From an uncultured Candidatus Saccharibacteria bacterium (GTDB taxonomy: Bacteria > Patescibacteriota > Doudnabacteria > UBA920), in the NCBI GenBank assembly GCA_964505635.1, contig CAZDIP010000002.1, forward strand, positions 37,736 through 101,735: a DNA stretch of 64,000 nt, in the 5' to 3' direction. Positions 9,530 to 19,338 of the stretch are shown piece by piece (the first letter of the stretch is position 1; every line of letters begins with the position of its first letter). The position numbers and the translations under genes are program-made. A model generated the notes under the pieces. The model made no database searches. It was not told the origin of the DNA and saw only the letters and a list, made by a program, of their open reading frames with translations.

Positions 9530-11500
9530 TTAATTTTTCACTCTTTTCAAAGACATGTAAATTACGCCGAACAATAAAATTAAAACCCCAGGATAAATAA
9601 TCATTCTAAAATCCCGGGATTTTTGTATTTGTCCTGCATTTAAATTTGAATAACTCTCCGACAAATCCGAATTTTGTTTATCTGTTTGGCTTAAAGCTAA
9701 AATTTGAGTCTGTAAATCCGCCAAAACAGATTGCATCTCCAAAATTTTTGCCTGTAAATCTTTTACCTGATTAATCAACTGACCAGCTTGACTGCGACTC
9801 AAAATTGACTGGCTCTTGTCAGTGTTTGTTATATTTTCTTCTAACAAAGCCTTTTCCTCTTCATCGGTAGTGGCAGACAAAACCAACGCATTTGGCTCTT
9901 GTGGGGTCAGCTGGGTTGTCCAAGCATATTTTTCACCGTCCAGACTAGCATACGACATGCCGGCTTTGGCCACCGGATAGCTCACCTCAAAAACCAATCG
10001 GCCAAAAGCATCAAATAACTTCAAAGTTTGTCCGGCATTGCTTAAACGAGCAGGCAAGTCATCTTCATAAACGACAAAGTAAGCTTTGCCCGGCAAAATT
10101 GTGCCTTGATGAAAAACTTTTTTCCTCCCGCCCAAAGTTAGGGTCATACCTTCCAAATCTATATTTTGATCAGTCAGATTATAAAATTCCACAAATTCTT
10201 CCTGTTCGCCTTCAGGTCTCGGCAAAATTTCACTAATTACTATTTTGCTTATTTCAGAAACTTGATCGTTCGGCAAATTGCGAGTCGGAATGCCCCAACT
10301 CCACTTATTATCTTTATTTTTTATCCAGGACAAATTTTCTTCGGCATCTTCATAAATTACAGAATCCAGCATTTTTTTCTGCGGAGAAAAAAGTTTCAGC
10401 CTTTCCTGTCCGCTGTTATTTAAAATTAGAGACTCTTTAGGGAAGTCTATTGCCAAAACTCCCATTGGCGGGATCAAAAAGCCTTCCGGCACCGCCCATG
10501 CGGATTCAGTAAAATCATCTTTAATGCCATCGGCAAAATAATACCCGCTTAAAGTTACCGTCGCGTAACCGGGATTATAAACTTCCGCCCATTCCCTGCC
10601 CTGGTCTTCGCCCAAAGGATTGGGAAAAATTTCGTTAATTTGCAAAAAATTACTGCTTTGTAAAGTTTCGGGTGCAGAACCGCTAAAGGAAGACCCGCCA
10701 CCCCCGCCGGAATTGGAAAAATTTCTTATCGGAGGCTGCCAAACTCCGTTAACCAGCTCAAAAATCCCGTCATCATAAGCTTCGGCCAAATACGCCGCCT
10801 GGTCTGCAAGGCTGCTGTCTGAAAAATATAAATTAACTTCATCACCGCCAGTATTGTTCAAAGCAAATGCCTCGGCGGGTAAAATAATTTTTTTAGTCTC
10901 TCCCGGCAAAATACTGCCTGACAAAATATAGGCGCTGCTGCCCGGCCCTGTGCCGGTATTTTTGTCGTCAATAATCCAGCCGTTTAGCAGCACCGGTTTT
11001 TCTTCGCTGCTTTTTATTTCCACCCATTCATTACCTTCATCTGATCCGGTTGGATTGGGTAAAAATCTAAAAATTTTAATATTCATACTTGTTGTTAAAA
11101 ATTCAGGCTGAGCCGGAACCGATGCATTAATGGTAAAAACTCCTTCATTTAAGTCGGAATAGCAAAAACTTTTTCTGGCTGTTCCCAAAGCCATGGTCAA
11201 TACCGGATTTTCCAACAAACTCCCGCAGGGAGCTGTAGCCGGAGAAGAATAAAACTGTCCGCTTACAGAAGACGAAAGCAAACTGACCCGGGTGGTGGTA
11301 ACTGCATTGAATTTCAGACCTTCGTCAGTCTGCAATTCTACGGTAAACACCTCCGACATAGTTTCAGGTTTTACTTTTTGAGGCTCAGATATAATTTTTA
11401 TCTTTACAGCCTCCGTTGTCTGGGTCGTAAAATAAATCGCCGCAAACGCAAAGAAAACCAAAAGCCCGCGCATTTTGGAAATATCCTTTTTAATATTCAT
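9530..11500 (-). CDS. Secreted, C-terminally membrane-anchored surface protein with three lamin-tail domains (LTD)
   Basis: 656 aa; signal peptide; LTD signatures FLPNPTGSDEGNEWVEI, INEIFPNPLGEDQGREWAEVYN, ISEILPRPEGEQEEFVEFYN; coiled-coil; C-terminal transmembrane helix. Confidence 0.75.
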   Translation of the reverse strand: MNIKKDISKMRGLLVFFAFAAIYFTTQTTEAVKIKIISEPQKVKPETMSEVFTVELQTDEGLKFNAVTTTRVSLLSSSVSGQFYSSPATAPCGSLLENPVLTMALGTARKSFCYSDLNEGVFTINASVPAQPEFLTTSMNIKIFRFLPNPTGSDEGNEWVEIKSSEEKPVLLNGWIIDDKNTGTGPGSSAYILSGSILPGETKKIILPAEAFALNNTGGDEVNLYFSDSSLADQAAYLAEAYDDGIFELVNGVWQPPIRNFSNSGGGGGSSFSGSAPETLQSSNFLQINEIFPNPLGEDQGREWAEVYNPGYATVTLSGYYFADGIKDDFTESAWAVPEGFLIPPMGVLAIDFPKESLILNNSGQERLKLFSPQKKMLDSVIYEDAEENLSWIKNKDNKWSWGIPTRNLPNDQVSEISKIVISEILPRPEGEQEEFVEFYNLTDQNIDLEGMTLTLGGRKKVFHQGTILPGKAYFVVYEDDLPARLSNAGQTLKLFDAFGRLVFEVSYPVAKAGMSYASLDGEKYAWTTQLTPQEPNALVLSATTDEEEKALLEENITNTDKSQSILSRSQAGQLINQVKDLQAKILEMQSVLADLQTQILALSQTDKQNSDLSESYSNLNAGQIQKSRDFRMIIYPGVLILLFGVIYMSLKRVKN

Positions 11501-11573
11501 ATGTTTTTTGTTTCTTGCTAAGTAAGCTAACTATAAATAGTATGGCTCTAAAATCATGGTCGGTCAAATCAAA

Positions 11574-12161
11574 TTATTCCAAAAGCTCTGCCCTTACAAT
11601 ATAACGTTTCAATGCAGTTCCCAAAGGCCAGGAAGTCTGCAAAGTTAAAATTTTCTTATCTTCCGTATCCTGACTAAGTAAGTAAGTATCTTGCGAGGAA
11701 GCAATAAATTTTTCCTTAACTTCATAAGTAAAAATTTGCCCCGATTCGCTGCTTACAATAATTTTTGCGCCCAATTCTACTCTGGGCAAAAGCGCAAAAA
11801 CCGTCTTGTATTCGCCGGGCGAAACTTTTAAATCCGAGGAGTGGCCGAAAATATAGGAATTTCCGGTTTCACCAAACTTGGCGGTGTTCGGATAGTGTAC
11901 CACGCCATACCTTAAGGCCGATTGAAACAAATTTTCATTTACCGCATCTACATATACCACGGGTGCCTCTATGCCCAAGGTTGGTATTAAAAGACTGTTG
12001 GATAAAATTTTATCTTTTTCTGAAAGTAAAATTTCCGGCTTGAGACTATGCGGTCGCAAACTATGTTTTAAATTCAAAAATACAAATTGCCAGTTGAGTA
12101 ACAGAACCAGCAAAATTAAAAAGCCAAAGATTATAACAAGTTTTTTTAAAACTACCTTCAT
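11574..12161 (-). CDS. Sortase-family protein with Ser at the catalytic Cys position (TLQTSWP instead of TLxTC)
   Basis: 195 aa; transmembrane anchor; sortase His motif NSYIFGHSS, 70 residues later LTLQTSWP (codon TCC), then KRYIVRAEL (conserved Arg); LIPTLGIEAPVV β-strand typical of sortases. Confidence 0.65.
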   Translation of the reverse strand: MKVVLKKLVIIFGFLILLVLLLNWQFVFLNLKHSLRPHSLKPEILLSEKDKILSNSLLIPTLGIEAPVVYVDAVNENLFQSALRYGVVHYPNTAKFGETGNSYIFGHSSDLKVSPGEYKTVFALLPRVELGAKIIVSSESGQIFTYEVKEKFIASSQDTYLLSQDTEDKKILTLQTSWPLGTALKRYIVRAELLE

Positions 12162-12193
12162 TAAATCCCTTTCAATTACAGCACAGGCAGTTT

Positions 12194-13741
12194 CTAAAGT
12201 TTGCTGTTAAATTTATATGGTAAATTTACCATTAAAATAACAACTAAAAAAACTACTAGCAGGGCACCTGCGCTCACGCCGGTTCTGGGCAATTGCGTAG
12301 CCTGGCCTAACACCATAGGCTTGTTTTCCGGCAAACCGAAATTTGCCGCGCCCGGTTGGTTGGTAAAATCTCCTGCCACCTGTCCGCTTAGCGGCACAAA
12401 AGTACTGCCGCCGCTCCCCCCAGACCCTCCGCCGCCGGATCCGCCGCCGCCCTCATCTAAGCTGCTCGTGCAAATCTGTCCTTGGGGACAAACAACCTGA
12501 ATTTGAACGCCAGATGTATTATTGGACAAATTCGGATCAGCCTCGGCTGACTGAACTGTAGCCGTATTTACAATACTGGTTCCAACTGAGACACTACTTT
12601 TAACTTCGGCCAAAATGGTTAAACTTGCGCTGCTCCCACTTGCCAAATTGCCGACTGTCCAGACATTGGGAACAAAACCACCTTGTGTGGAAGTGGAAGA
12701 AATAAACAAAAGTTCTGGGGGTAATACATCTGTCATTATTACGTTTTCTGCTGTATTAGGACCACTGTTAGACACGCTAAAAGTATAAATTAAAGTTGAG
12801 CTGGCTGTGCTAGTAGGAGCGCTGACCGTTTTCAACAAACTTAGATCAGCTACACCACCGCTCCCACCGCCGCCAGACGAACACTCCCCGTCCGTACACC
12901 CGCCTGACCCTTCCACAAAACGATTGCCAAAATTTATATCTTCGGCTGTAAAATTGTCAACAAAAACTTCATATTTATAGCCTGCTCCGGCTCCTGGTAA
13001 AGTCTGCTGCCAATTGTTCTGCAAAACTTCCCGTACTGTGTAATTTCCAGCCGGCAAAAATTCAAACTCGTAAAATCCAGTGGTGGTGGCAGTGGTGGTA
13101 ATTTTTTCTCCAAAATCATAAATAGCATTGCTGTTCTGGTCAATGTAGATTTGCCAGCCGCCAAGGCCTATTTCCGAGTTATTTTTTACGCCGTCGCCGT
13201 TTAAATCGTTAAACTTAATGCCCTGTATAAAACCCTCGCCAAAAACTTCCACCGTATTGGTCGTAACTGTAATTTTGCACTCATAATCCCCGCCCTTAAC
13301 CACTATGCCGCCGTCATGAGCCTGGGCCAGCTGCCCGGAAATTCCAGGCACATTTAACTTTACCCGCCAGTTATCCGCATTATCTAAAATAGAACTTAAA
13401 CTTGAAGTGGCCAGTGTGTCAGGCTCATTGGGCAAATCAATGTTTTTTATTTCCAAAAACGGACATAAATTCTCTTTACCTCCGACTGCCTCTAAGACGG
13501 TGTTATAAGTCGCTTGCTTAGAAGAAGTATCCAGCTGGACAGTATATGTTCTGCTTAAATTCTCACCCGGGTAAACGTTGCCAAAAGGAATCGCGGTGTC
13601 TGAAACCAAAAGCACCTGCAAAGCCGCGTTAACTTTCAAAATATTGCTCTGCAGCAGGCTTAAAACTGCTATCAAAACAACACTGGCAATTGCTGCCGAC
13701 AGCTTAACCAAATATTTAGTTTTCATATTTAACTGTCTCAT
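12194..13741 (-). CDS. Cell-surface protein with LPRTG sorting signal, DUF11 and SdrD-B-like repeat domains and Gly/Ser linkers
   Basis: 515 aa; N-terminal signal; FGNVYPGENL TasA/camelysin-like motif; DUF11-like (NSGPNTAENVIMTDVLP); SdrD B-like (FNDLNGDGVKN); C-terminus TQLPRTGVSAGALLVVFLVVIL + KFNSKL. Confidence 0.75.
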   Translation of the reverse strand: MRQLNMKTKYLVKLSAAIASVVLIAVLSLLQSNILKVNAALQVLLVSDTAIPFGNVYPGENLSRTYTVQLDTSSKQATYNTVLEAVGGKENLCPFLEIKNIDLPNEPDTLATSSLSSILDNADNWRVKLNVPGISGQLAQAHDGGIVVKGGDYECKITVTTNTVEVFGEGFIQGIKFNDLNGDGVKNNSEIGLGGWQIYIDQNSNAIYDFGEKITTTATTTGFYEFEFLPAGNYTVREVLQNNWQQTLPGAGAGYKYEVFVDNFTAEDINFGNRFVEGSGGCTDGECSSGGGGSGGVADLSLLKTVSAPTSTASSTLIYTFSVSNSGPNTAENVIMTDVLPPELLFISSTSTQGGFVPNVWTVGNLASGSSASLTILAEVKSSVSVGTSIVNTATVQSAEADPNLSNNTSGVQIQVVCPQGQICTSSLDEGGGGSGGGGSGGSGGSTFVPLSGQVAGDFTNQPGAANFGLPENKPMVLGQATQLPRTGVSAGALLVVFLVVILMVNLPYKFNSKL

Positions 13742-13744
13742 AAT

Positions 13745-16582
13745 CTAGTTGGAAATTGGCGCTTCCGAAACCAACTGGTTGTCGGGGTTTTGTTCCGGCT
13801 CTTTTGCCGCGGAAACCTCGTCCAGGGGTTTTTCTGGAGACTCTTCTATTTTAACCGGCTCATCCGGTTTGGGCGCTTTAGGTGTGTTTGGCTCCTCCTC
13901 GGTTAAGGCTGGTTTTTGAGCGTCTTGTGTTAAATCAGAAGCAACGGTTTCTTCATCTGCCGCCTTTGTGTCAATAATTTCTGGCTCAGCCGGCTCTGTA
14001 GCTGGCTCTTGGTTTAAAGCCGGCTCTAAACTTATGTCAGGCACAGCGCTTGCCATAACCTCTTCTTCCGAAGGCTCAGAGTCAAACACAATGCTGACGC
14101 TGGGCGCGGTATTTGAATCTATAAATTCGTCGTTGCTTTCCCCGGGGCTGGGATCGGGGTCTATCCAATTATTTGTTCCGTCAGGCATGCGGGTAAAAGA
14201 TTTGTTATCAGGCACGGATGCGCCGTAGTCGTAAGTTCTTTGGTCCACCAAAGAAGCTCCTTGCCAAAAATGTCCGTTGTAAAGCTTAACGGTATCGGTA
14301 CCGTCGTTGTCTAAATCAAAATCAGTGTCGCCCTCCCGATAAACAACCAAAAAACCGCCAGGTGCCACAGTTGTCGTGCCGGTATTGGTGTTTTCGGGTT
14401 TAATAAACAACTCATGGTAATTGTACAGGTTATAAGTAGCGCTTAAGCTGTCCAAACGCGCGTTATGCAAAGCGTCAGCACGAGTAAAAATAGCCTGCCA
14501 TTTTAAATACCTGCTATCCGGCAAGCCGGCAGCATTTAAATCCATGCCGCTTATATCGTCGCAAGCGCTAAAAGCGGAAAAATTCACCCCGTCGTTGGAG
14601 GTTGCGGCCTGAATGCAGACGTTACCGCTTAGGGAATTGCTTTCCGTCCAGGTTAAATTCTGCCAGTCAGCCCGATTGCCCTCGCCCGCGTCCAAAACCG
14701 TTTCTAAAGTACCGCTGCCAACCCCGCTTGAAAAAACCACGCTGCTTGAGCTGATTCCCAAATTAGAGGTTAAGCTGCTGCTCGCAAAATCCGAGTTGCT
14801 GGTCCAGGTTTTATTTTGTGCACTTCCCGGAGGTAGAAAATCATCGTACAAAACATAACCTTCCAAACTGAGCGGAGTGGAAGATCCATTATAAATTTCT
14901 ACAAATTCACCATCTAAACTGCCGCCAACACTACCTTGATCTGAGCCTGAAGGATTAGGTAAAAATTCATTTATCAACAACTGGTTTAAAGGGGAAAATA
15001 CCGGGCCGCAAGAAATAACTGAAGGTAATGGCCTGAAATTTACGGTCACGTTGCTGTCTAAGTCAATTGCGGGGCCGGTTAACGAAGTGCCTTCTTTTGC
15101 ATAAATTGCCAAAAGCGTACGGTTGGAATTAATATGCACATCCCCGCTTTGAGCGAAAAGTACCACGTCCCCAAGGTCAGAATTATTGCTTTCTGTTTCA
15201 ATGGCTGCGTCGTCGCCCGATTTGGGCAAAGAAGTGGAAATGAGCAAAAAAGTCCCTTTAGTGCCCGCGCCGTTAAATGCCACGTTGGCGCGGATGTCAA
15301 TTACCCCCTCCACAATAATTACGCCAAAGCTGTCGGCAAAAGCAGGATCCTGATTTATAACCACGTTGCTGTCTATTTTTAGATTACCATGCACATACAA
15401 AGTACCGTGCACATTTACTATATTATTGTTGCCAATTTCCAGGTTTCCCATAATTTCCGAAGGTCCCAAGTCTATAATTCCGCTGCTGCCTGGTATAACC
15501 AAACTTCCTAAAACCGTACCGCCGTCGTTGGCTTTGTCCTGCCAAAAAGCATTGTTAATTACCGGCAAGTCCTGGGCGGCTGACCCTGTGTTCGCACTCC
15601 CCGAAATAGTAAAGTTGCTGCTTTCTATGCTGCCGGAAACCGTCACGTCCCCGTTTATGTTTCGGTTTGCGCCTCCTCCGTTGGCTTCTAAATTATGATT
15701 GCCTTTTACTTGCCCGTTCACCGTAACATTAGCGGAAACATAAATATCGCCAAAGCTGTCGTTTGGTCCCGCAGCCATTAATGCTGTGTTTTCCGGGAAA
15801 TCAATATTTATTGGCTCGCACAAATCCGCCTGGGCAAACTGGTAAATTTTTATGTTAATCAGGCTAAAATGGCTGCCCACGCTGTCGCCGTCACAAGCCA
15901 CAGCCTTAACCACGCTGGTTTGGCTTACGGGCAAAGGCGGAATGGAATTTTTAAGGCCGCCGTTAGGGCCGCCGCAGTAAGGGTCGGAAAATACGTCCGG
16001 ATCAGTGCCTAAACCAACTGTATAAAAAATATGCGTGGCGTCTGAATCGCTGTCGCTAAATTCCACGTTAATGGAACTTGCGTAATTACCGCCGTCAGTA
16101 TTGTTCCAGCCAATATCCCCGGGCGGGGTTAAAACCGGCGGATCTATTTGCGCTAACGCGGCAGTGGTATTAATAATGTGCGCCTCAAAAGCCTGGAACA
16201 AAGGCAATAAAACCAAAACCGGAATTAATACCACGGCGGTATTATAAACGGTTTTAGATAAAAACTTTTTGAACAATGGTGGTTTTACCGTATTGGCCTG
16301 CGGCTTTAGTCCGTGGCGTTCGAAAATTTCCGCTTTTAAAACAGCCTCATTTACCACCCGCACCGGCACCCTCACTGCTTTTGGTTTTACTCTGCTAATT
16401 ACAAAGGGACTTACAATGCTTTTGTTATTTTTTGTCCTTACAATCTTTTTTACCACAGGCTTACCAACAAAAGTTTTTAAAGCCGCTGATTTTCGCTTTG
16501 CGGTCTTTGCCCGCGCCAAAACCAGACTTTTTTTCAAAGTCCTTGTTTTAACAACTTTTAATTGTTTGTCTTTTGCGGGCAT
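13745..16582 (-). CDS. Giant surface protein (945 aa): Lys-rich N-terminal tail, SipW-cognate-like signal/anchor, β-helix-like repeats, LTD domain, acidic Pro/Glu-rich C-terminus
   Basis: N-terminal roughly 100 aa Lys/Ala-rich; hydrophobic segment with FQAFEAHIINTTAALAQI (matching AFSAFEAHVINVTAR of the neighbouring genes); LTD motif INEFLPNPSGSDQG...EFVEIYN. Confidence 0.7.
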   Translation of the reverse strand: MPAKDKQLKVVKTRTLKKSLVLARAKTAKRKSAALKTFVGKPVVKKIVRTKNNKSIVSPFVISRVKPKAVRVPVRVVNEAVLKAEIFERHGLKPQANTVKPPLFKKFLSKTVYNTAVVLIPVLVLLPLFQAFEAHIINTTAALAQIDPPVLTPPGDIGWNNTDGGNYASSINVEFSDSDSDATHIFYTVGLGTDPDVFSDPYCGGPNGGLKNSIPPLPVSQTSVVKAVACDGDSVGSHFSLINIKIYQFAQADLCEPINIDFPENTALMAAGPNDSFGDIYVSANVTVNGQVKGNHNLEANGGGANRNINGDVTVSGSIESSNFTISGSANTGSAAQDLPVINNAFWQDKANDGGTVLGSLVIPGSSGIIDLGPSEIMGNLEIGNNNIVNVHGTLYVHGNLKIDSNVVINQDPAFADSFGVIIVEGVIDIRANVAFNGAGTKGTFLLISTSLPKSGDDAAIETESNNSDLGDVVLFAQSGDVHINSNRTLLAIYAKEGTSLTGPAIDLDSNVTVNFRPLPSVISCGPVFSPLNQLLINEFLPNPSGSDQGSVGGSLDGEFVEIYNGSSTPLSLEGYVLYDDFLPPGSAQNKTWTSNSDFASSSLTSNLGISSSSVVFSSGVGSGTLETVLDAGEGNRADWQNLTWTESNSLSGNVCIQAATSNDGVNFSAFSACDDISGMDLNAAGLPDSRYLKWQAIFTRADALHNARLDSLSATYNLYNYHELFIKPENTNTGTTTVAPGGFLVVYREGDTDFDLDNDGTDTVKLYNGHFWQGASLVDQRTYDYGASVPDNKSFTRMPDGTNNWIDPDPSPGESNDEFIDSNTAPSVSIVFDSEPSEEEVMASAVPDISLEPALNQEPATEPAEPEIIDTKAADEETVASDLTQDAQKPALTEEEPNTPKAPKPDEPVKIEESPEKPLDEVSAAKEPEQNPDNQLVSEAPISN

Positions 16583-16591
16583 GTAATAAAA

Positions 16592-17035
16592 TTATTTTTC
16601 TATATTTTGCAGTTTGGGCCCGAGGCTTCTGGCAATAACTCCGAAAAACGGAATTCTGAAAGGTTTGTCTTTTATGTAAACCATCCGTCCAACCACGTCT
16701 TTCGGGTTTACAGGCGCGTCTTCGGAATTGTTGGCGTCTCCTTTGGTAATCAGCATGCTGCCCTGTCTCCTTATAAGCCTGTGAATAGTAAAGCCCTGAG
16801 CGTTTTTATAAATAATTATTTGCCCCACTTTCGCTTCTTCTCCGCTTATGCCTTTCATTAAAATTAAGTCGTTGACTTTCAGCTGCGGCCACATGGAACC
16901 GGAAGTAATGGTGGCCAAAGGGTATGGAGTTTTTAAATAATGCGACAAAATTTTCGGGGTGTAATAAACAGCCAAACCGACAAATGCCAAATAAATAATA
17001 ATTTTTAAAACTCCTATCGCGATCTTTTGTAACAT
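16592..17035 (-). CDS. Type I signal peptidase, SipW/archaeal-ER type (S26B)
   Basis: 147 aa; transmembrane helix then ITSGSMWPQL (catalytic Ser in SGSMxP), conserved His in FTIHRLI, GDANNSED box; short single-domain form typical of SipW. Confidence 0.85.
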   Translation of the reverse strand: MLQKIAIGVLKIIIYLAFVGLAVYYTPKILSHYLKTPYPLATITSGSMWPQLKVNDLILMKGISGEEAKVGQIIIYKNAQGFTIHRLIRRQGSMLITKGDANNSEDAPVNPKDVVGRMVYIKDKPFRIPFFGVIARSLGPKLQNIEK

Positions 17036-17068
17036 TTGCTTATGAACGGGATTAAAAATTTTTAATTT

Positions 17069-17587
17069 CTACCATGGCTTGGGAATTTGGAAAACTATAA
17101 CTTTACCCCGATAGTAGCGGTATTCGGCAGAATTGGGAGTGCGGACAGTAAACTCCAGCTTTTCTCCCTGCCCGGATTTTAGCGTAAAATAATTTTTATC
17201 AACTTTCATTAAATCGCCAATCTCGCCGAATTTCCATACCATAATGTAACTGGAAACTTTGTACGGGCTTTGGTTGACCAAACTGACCGTCCTAACCGCG
17301 GTTTTGTCTTTGGGCAAGTCCCCAAAATCCAAACGCTCGCCGGTAGGGTTAACCCCTATTTTATCCGAATCAACCACCTGCACCAAAGCATCGTATTTTT
17401 CCGCGTTAACATACTGCACGGCCAGAAAAATAAACGCCAAAACCAGAATTATCCAAGCGGCCACGCGTTTTTTTGGCCTGGGTCTGGTTATCTCAGATTT
17501 TAATTCCGACAAAAATCCCCGCTGTTGCTCCCTTTCCATAACAGCCTTAGGCTTCATATGGCTGGGCATGTTTTCAAATGGATCCAT
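17069..17587 (-). CDS. Type II membrane-anchored accessory protein (hypothetical), immediately upstream of sipW-like
   Basis: 172 aa; cytoplasmic N-terminus, one transmembrane helix, about 110-aa extracytoplasmic β-rich domain; position analogous to TapA in tapA-sipW-tasA. Confidence 0.45.
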   Translation of the reverse strand: MDPFENMPSHMKPKAVMEREQQRGFLSELKSEITRPRPKKRVAAWIILVLAFIFLAVQYVNAEKYDALVQVVDSDKIGVNPTGERLDFGDLPKDKTAVRTVSLVNQSPYKVSSYIMVWKFGEIGDLMKVDKNYFTLKSGQGEKLEFTVRTPNSAEYRYYRGKVIVFQIPKPW

Positions 17588-17689
17588 AAATTTATATTGT
17601 TAAATAAAATTTGAAATTATTTGACAGGGTTAGCGTGCTTTCATCCCTCATCCCTGGCCCCAAAACAGGGCCAAAGGAAGCTATGAAAG

Positions 17690-19126
17690 CTAATTATTCT
17701 CGCAAACTGCCAAGCTGGCCAGTACGCTTTGCAGCAAAGTAAAGTCTGACGCGCTGTAGTAGTAAGAGGGCGCTGAGGCAACGGTGTTTTTTAAGAAGTC
17801 TTCAGTGCCCGCGGTTACGCCTACCCCGACCACATAAATCTTAATGCCGGCTGCTTTGGCCGCGGCGGCTGCCGCAGCTGCGTCGCCGCCCGCTGTGGGC
17901 TGGCCGTCGGTAATTAAGACTATAAAGTCAGGCGAGGTCGCGTCGTTACGGTCGCGCGCGCTCGCTAATTCAGCCGAGGCTGTATCCAAAGCCTGTTGCA
18001 AATTGGTCAAGCCGCCGGCTAAAAGAGCGTCTATGGCTGTATGAAGCGGCGTAGAAGAGCCGGTTAACTGCACGTCCAAAGTCGCGTCAGTGGAAAAACT
18101 GACCTGTGCGCCGTGAGGGCCAGTGTCGCTTAAACCCAAAGCCGTGACAAAGGCGTGAGCCGCTGTCTTCATGGTATTAAGTTCGGTGTCGCTTATGCTG
18201 CCGCTACGGTCTATAACCAAAGCTAAATCCAGCTGGTCGCTGCAAAGACCGCCGCCGGGCAAAGAAATGCCGGCCACTTCCACCCACAAATCACAGCCAA
18301 ACACTTTGTGTTCATTTTCTATAGGCTGGGTAAAAGCATTAGCCTGTTCCAAGGTGGTGTCTAAATTGCCGGTTTCCCTGCGGACAAAGTCCAGCCAGTC
18401 CTGGGCGCAATAGCCGCCAAAGCATGGTACGGCCAAATCTATCACCCACTTGTCCTGCGTATCCTGGTCTTGTTTGGACAAACGCCCCTTAGTGTCCAGC
18501 CAGGAAACCGTGCTGGTTCCCACCACAAAAGGCGTGTGGAAAGACTTGGTTACTTGGTCTACGGAAAGAGGTCCGTCTATATCCAGTTTTTCCCCGTCTT
18601 TGGAAATGTAGGGGCACAAGTTAGGCAGCAAACCCCAGCTTTCTGCTTCGTTTATATTAACTGTCTGAGTGTCGTCTACAGCTAAAACTCTGGGCGCTTC
18701 CCCGCAATCCCAGTAATAGCTTTCAACCACTTCGTTAGTGGAAGGGTCATCGCCGAATTTTACATGCGCGGTGCGCGTGTACATATGCGCGCCGTCCGGA
18801 CCTACTGAGTTGTCAAACGAACCGCCGTTGTTGGTGGTTATGGCGCACTTGGGTTTTTGGCGGATAAAGTATTCCACGTCGTCTACGCGGTTTTCCGCGA
18901 GGAAAGACGCGGACAAATTCACGTCAATGGTTTTTTCCAAATGCTCCTGCGGAAACACGGTGCCAAAATCCAAAAACTTGACCGGCACGTTAAGCGCGTT
19001 TTCTATCCTGGCCGTTACGTTTATAACGTGCGCTTCAAAAGCGCTGAAGGCCGCGGCGCCGGCGAGTATAACACCCAAAGTCCCGACGCCCAATATTAAT
19101 TTGTTGAGTATTTTTTTCATGTTCAA
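17690..19126 (-). CDS. Secreted vWA-domain protein with SipW-cognate-like signal peptide and Cys-containing N-domain
   Basis: 478 aa; LGVILAGAAAFSAFEAHVINVTARIENAL; FGTVFPQEHL motif; N-domain shared with the 19339-20181 paralogue; C-terminal vWA with MIDAS DRSGSIS and ITDGQPT. Confidence 0.8.
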   Translation of the reverse strand: MNMKKILNKLILGVGTLGVILAGAAAFSAFEAHVINVTARIENALNVPVKFLDFGTVFPQEHLEKTIDVNLSASFLAENRVDDVEYFIRQKPKCAITTNNGGSFDNSVGPDGAHMYTRTAHVKFGDDPSTNEVVESYYWDCGEAPRVLAVDDTQTVNINEAESWGLLPNLCPYISKDGEKLDIDGPLSVDQVTKSFHTPFVVGTSTVSWLDTKGRLSKQDQDTQDKWVIDLAVPCFGGYCAQDWLDFVRRETGNLDTTLEQANAFTQPIENEHKVFGCDLWVEVAGISLPGGGLCSDQLDLALVIDRSGSISDTELNTMKTAAHAFVTALGLSDTGPHGAQVSFSTDATLDVQLTGSSTPLHTAIDALLAGGLTNLQQALDTASAELASARDRNDATSPDFIVLITDGQPTAGGDAAAAAAAAKAAGIKIYVVGVGVTAGTEDFLKNTVASAPSYYYSASDFTLLQSVLASLAVCENN

Positions 19127-19167
19127 TCTTTTAAATAATTTACTTTTCTTAATTTTCCTTTCTTTCC

Positions 19168-19195
19168 CACTATATTACTAGATAGTAATATAGTG
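19168..19195. repeat. 28-bp perfect palindrome CACTATATTACTAGATAGTAATATAGTG (copy 1 of 3)
   Basis: 13-bp inverted arms with a 2-nt spacer; identical copies at 23796-23823 and 24318-24345; lies about 45 bp upstream of the vWA gene start. Confidence 0.9.
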
Positions 19196-19338
19196 TCGAC
19201 CTTTGCCCGGTTAAGCCGGATTTTTTACTTTACATTCAGCCTCCTAATATAAATGTCACCTTGCATAAAATTAATCCCTCTTTCCCTCGCCCCTCCTTTC
19301 CCTTAAAAAGGAAGAGCGAGGTATAAGAAAAATTAATC

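Noticed and set aside
12201-12500. Plus-strand ORF encoding PPPPDPPPPS
   Set aside because: Antisense reading of the Gly-rich (GGGGSGGGGS) linker of the LPRTG surface protein gene.
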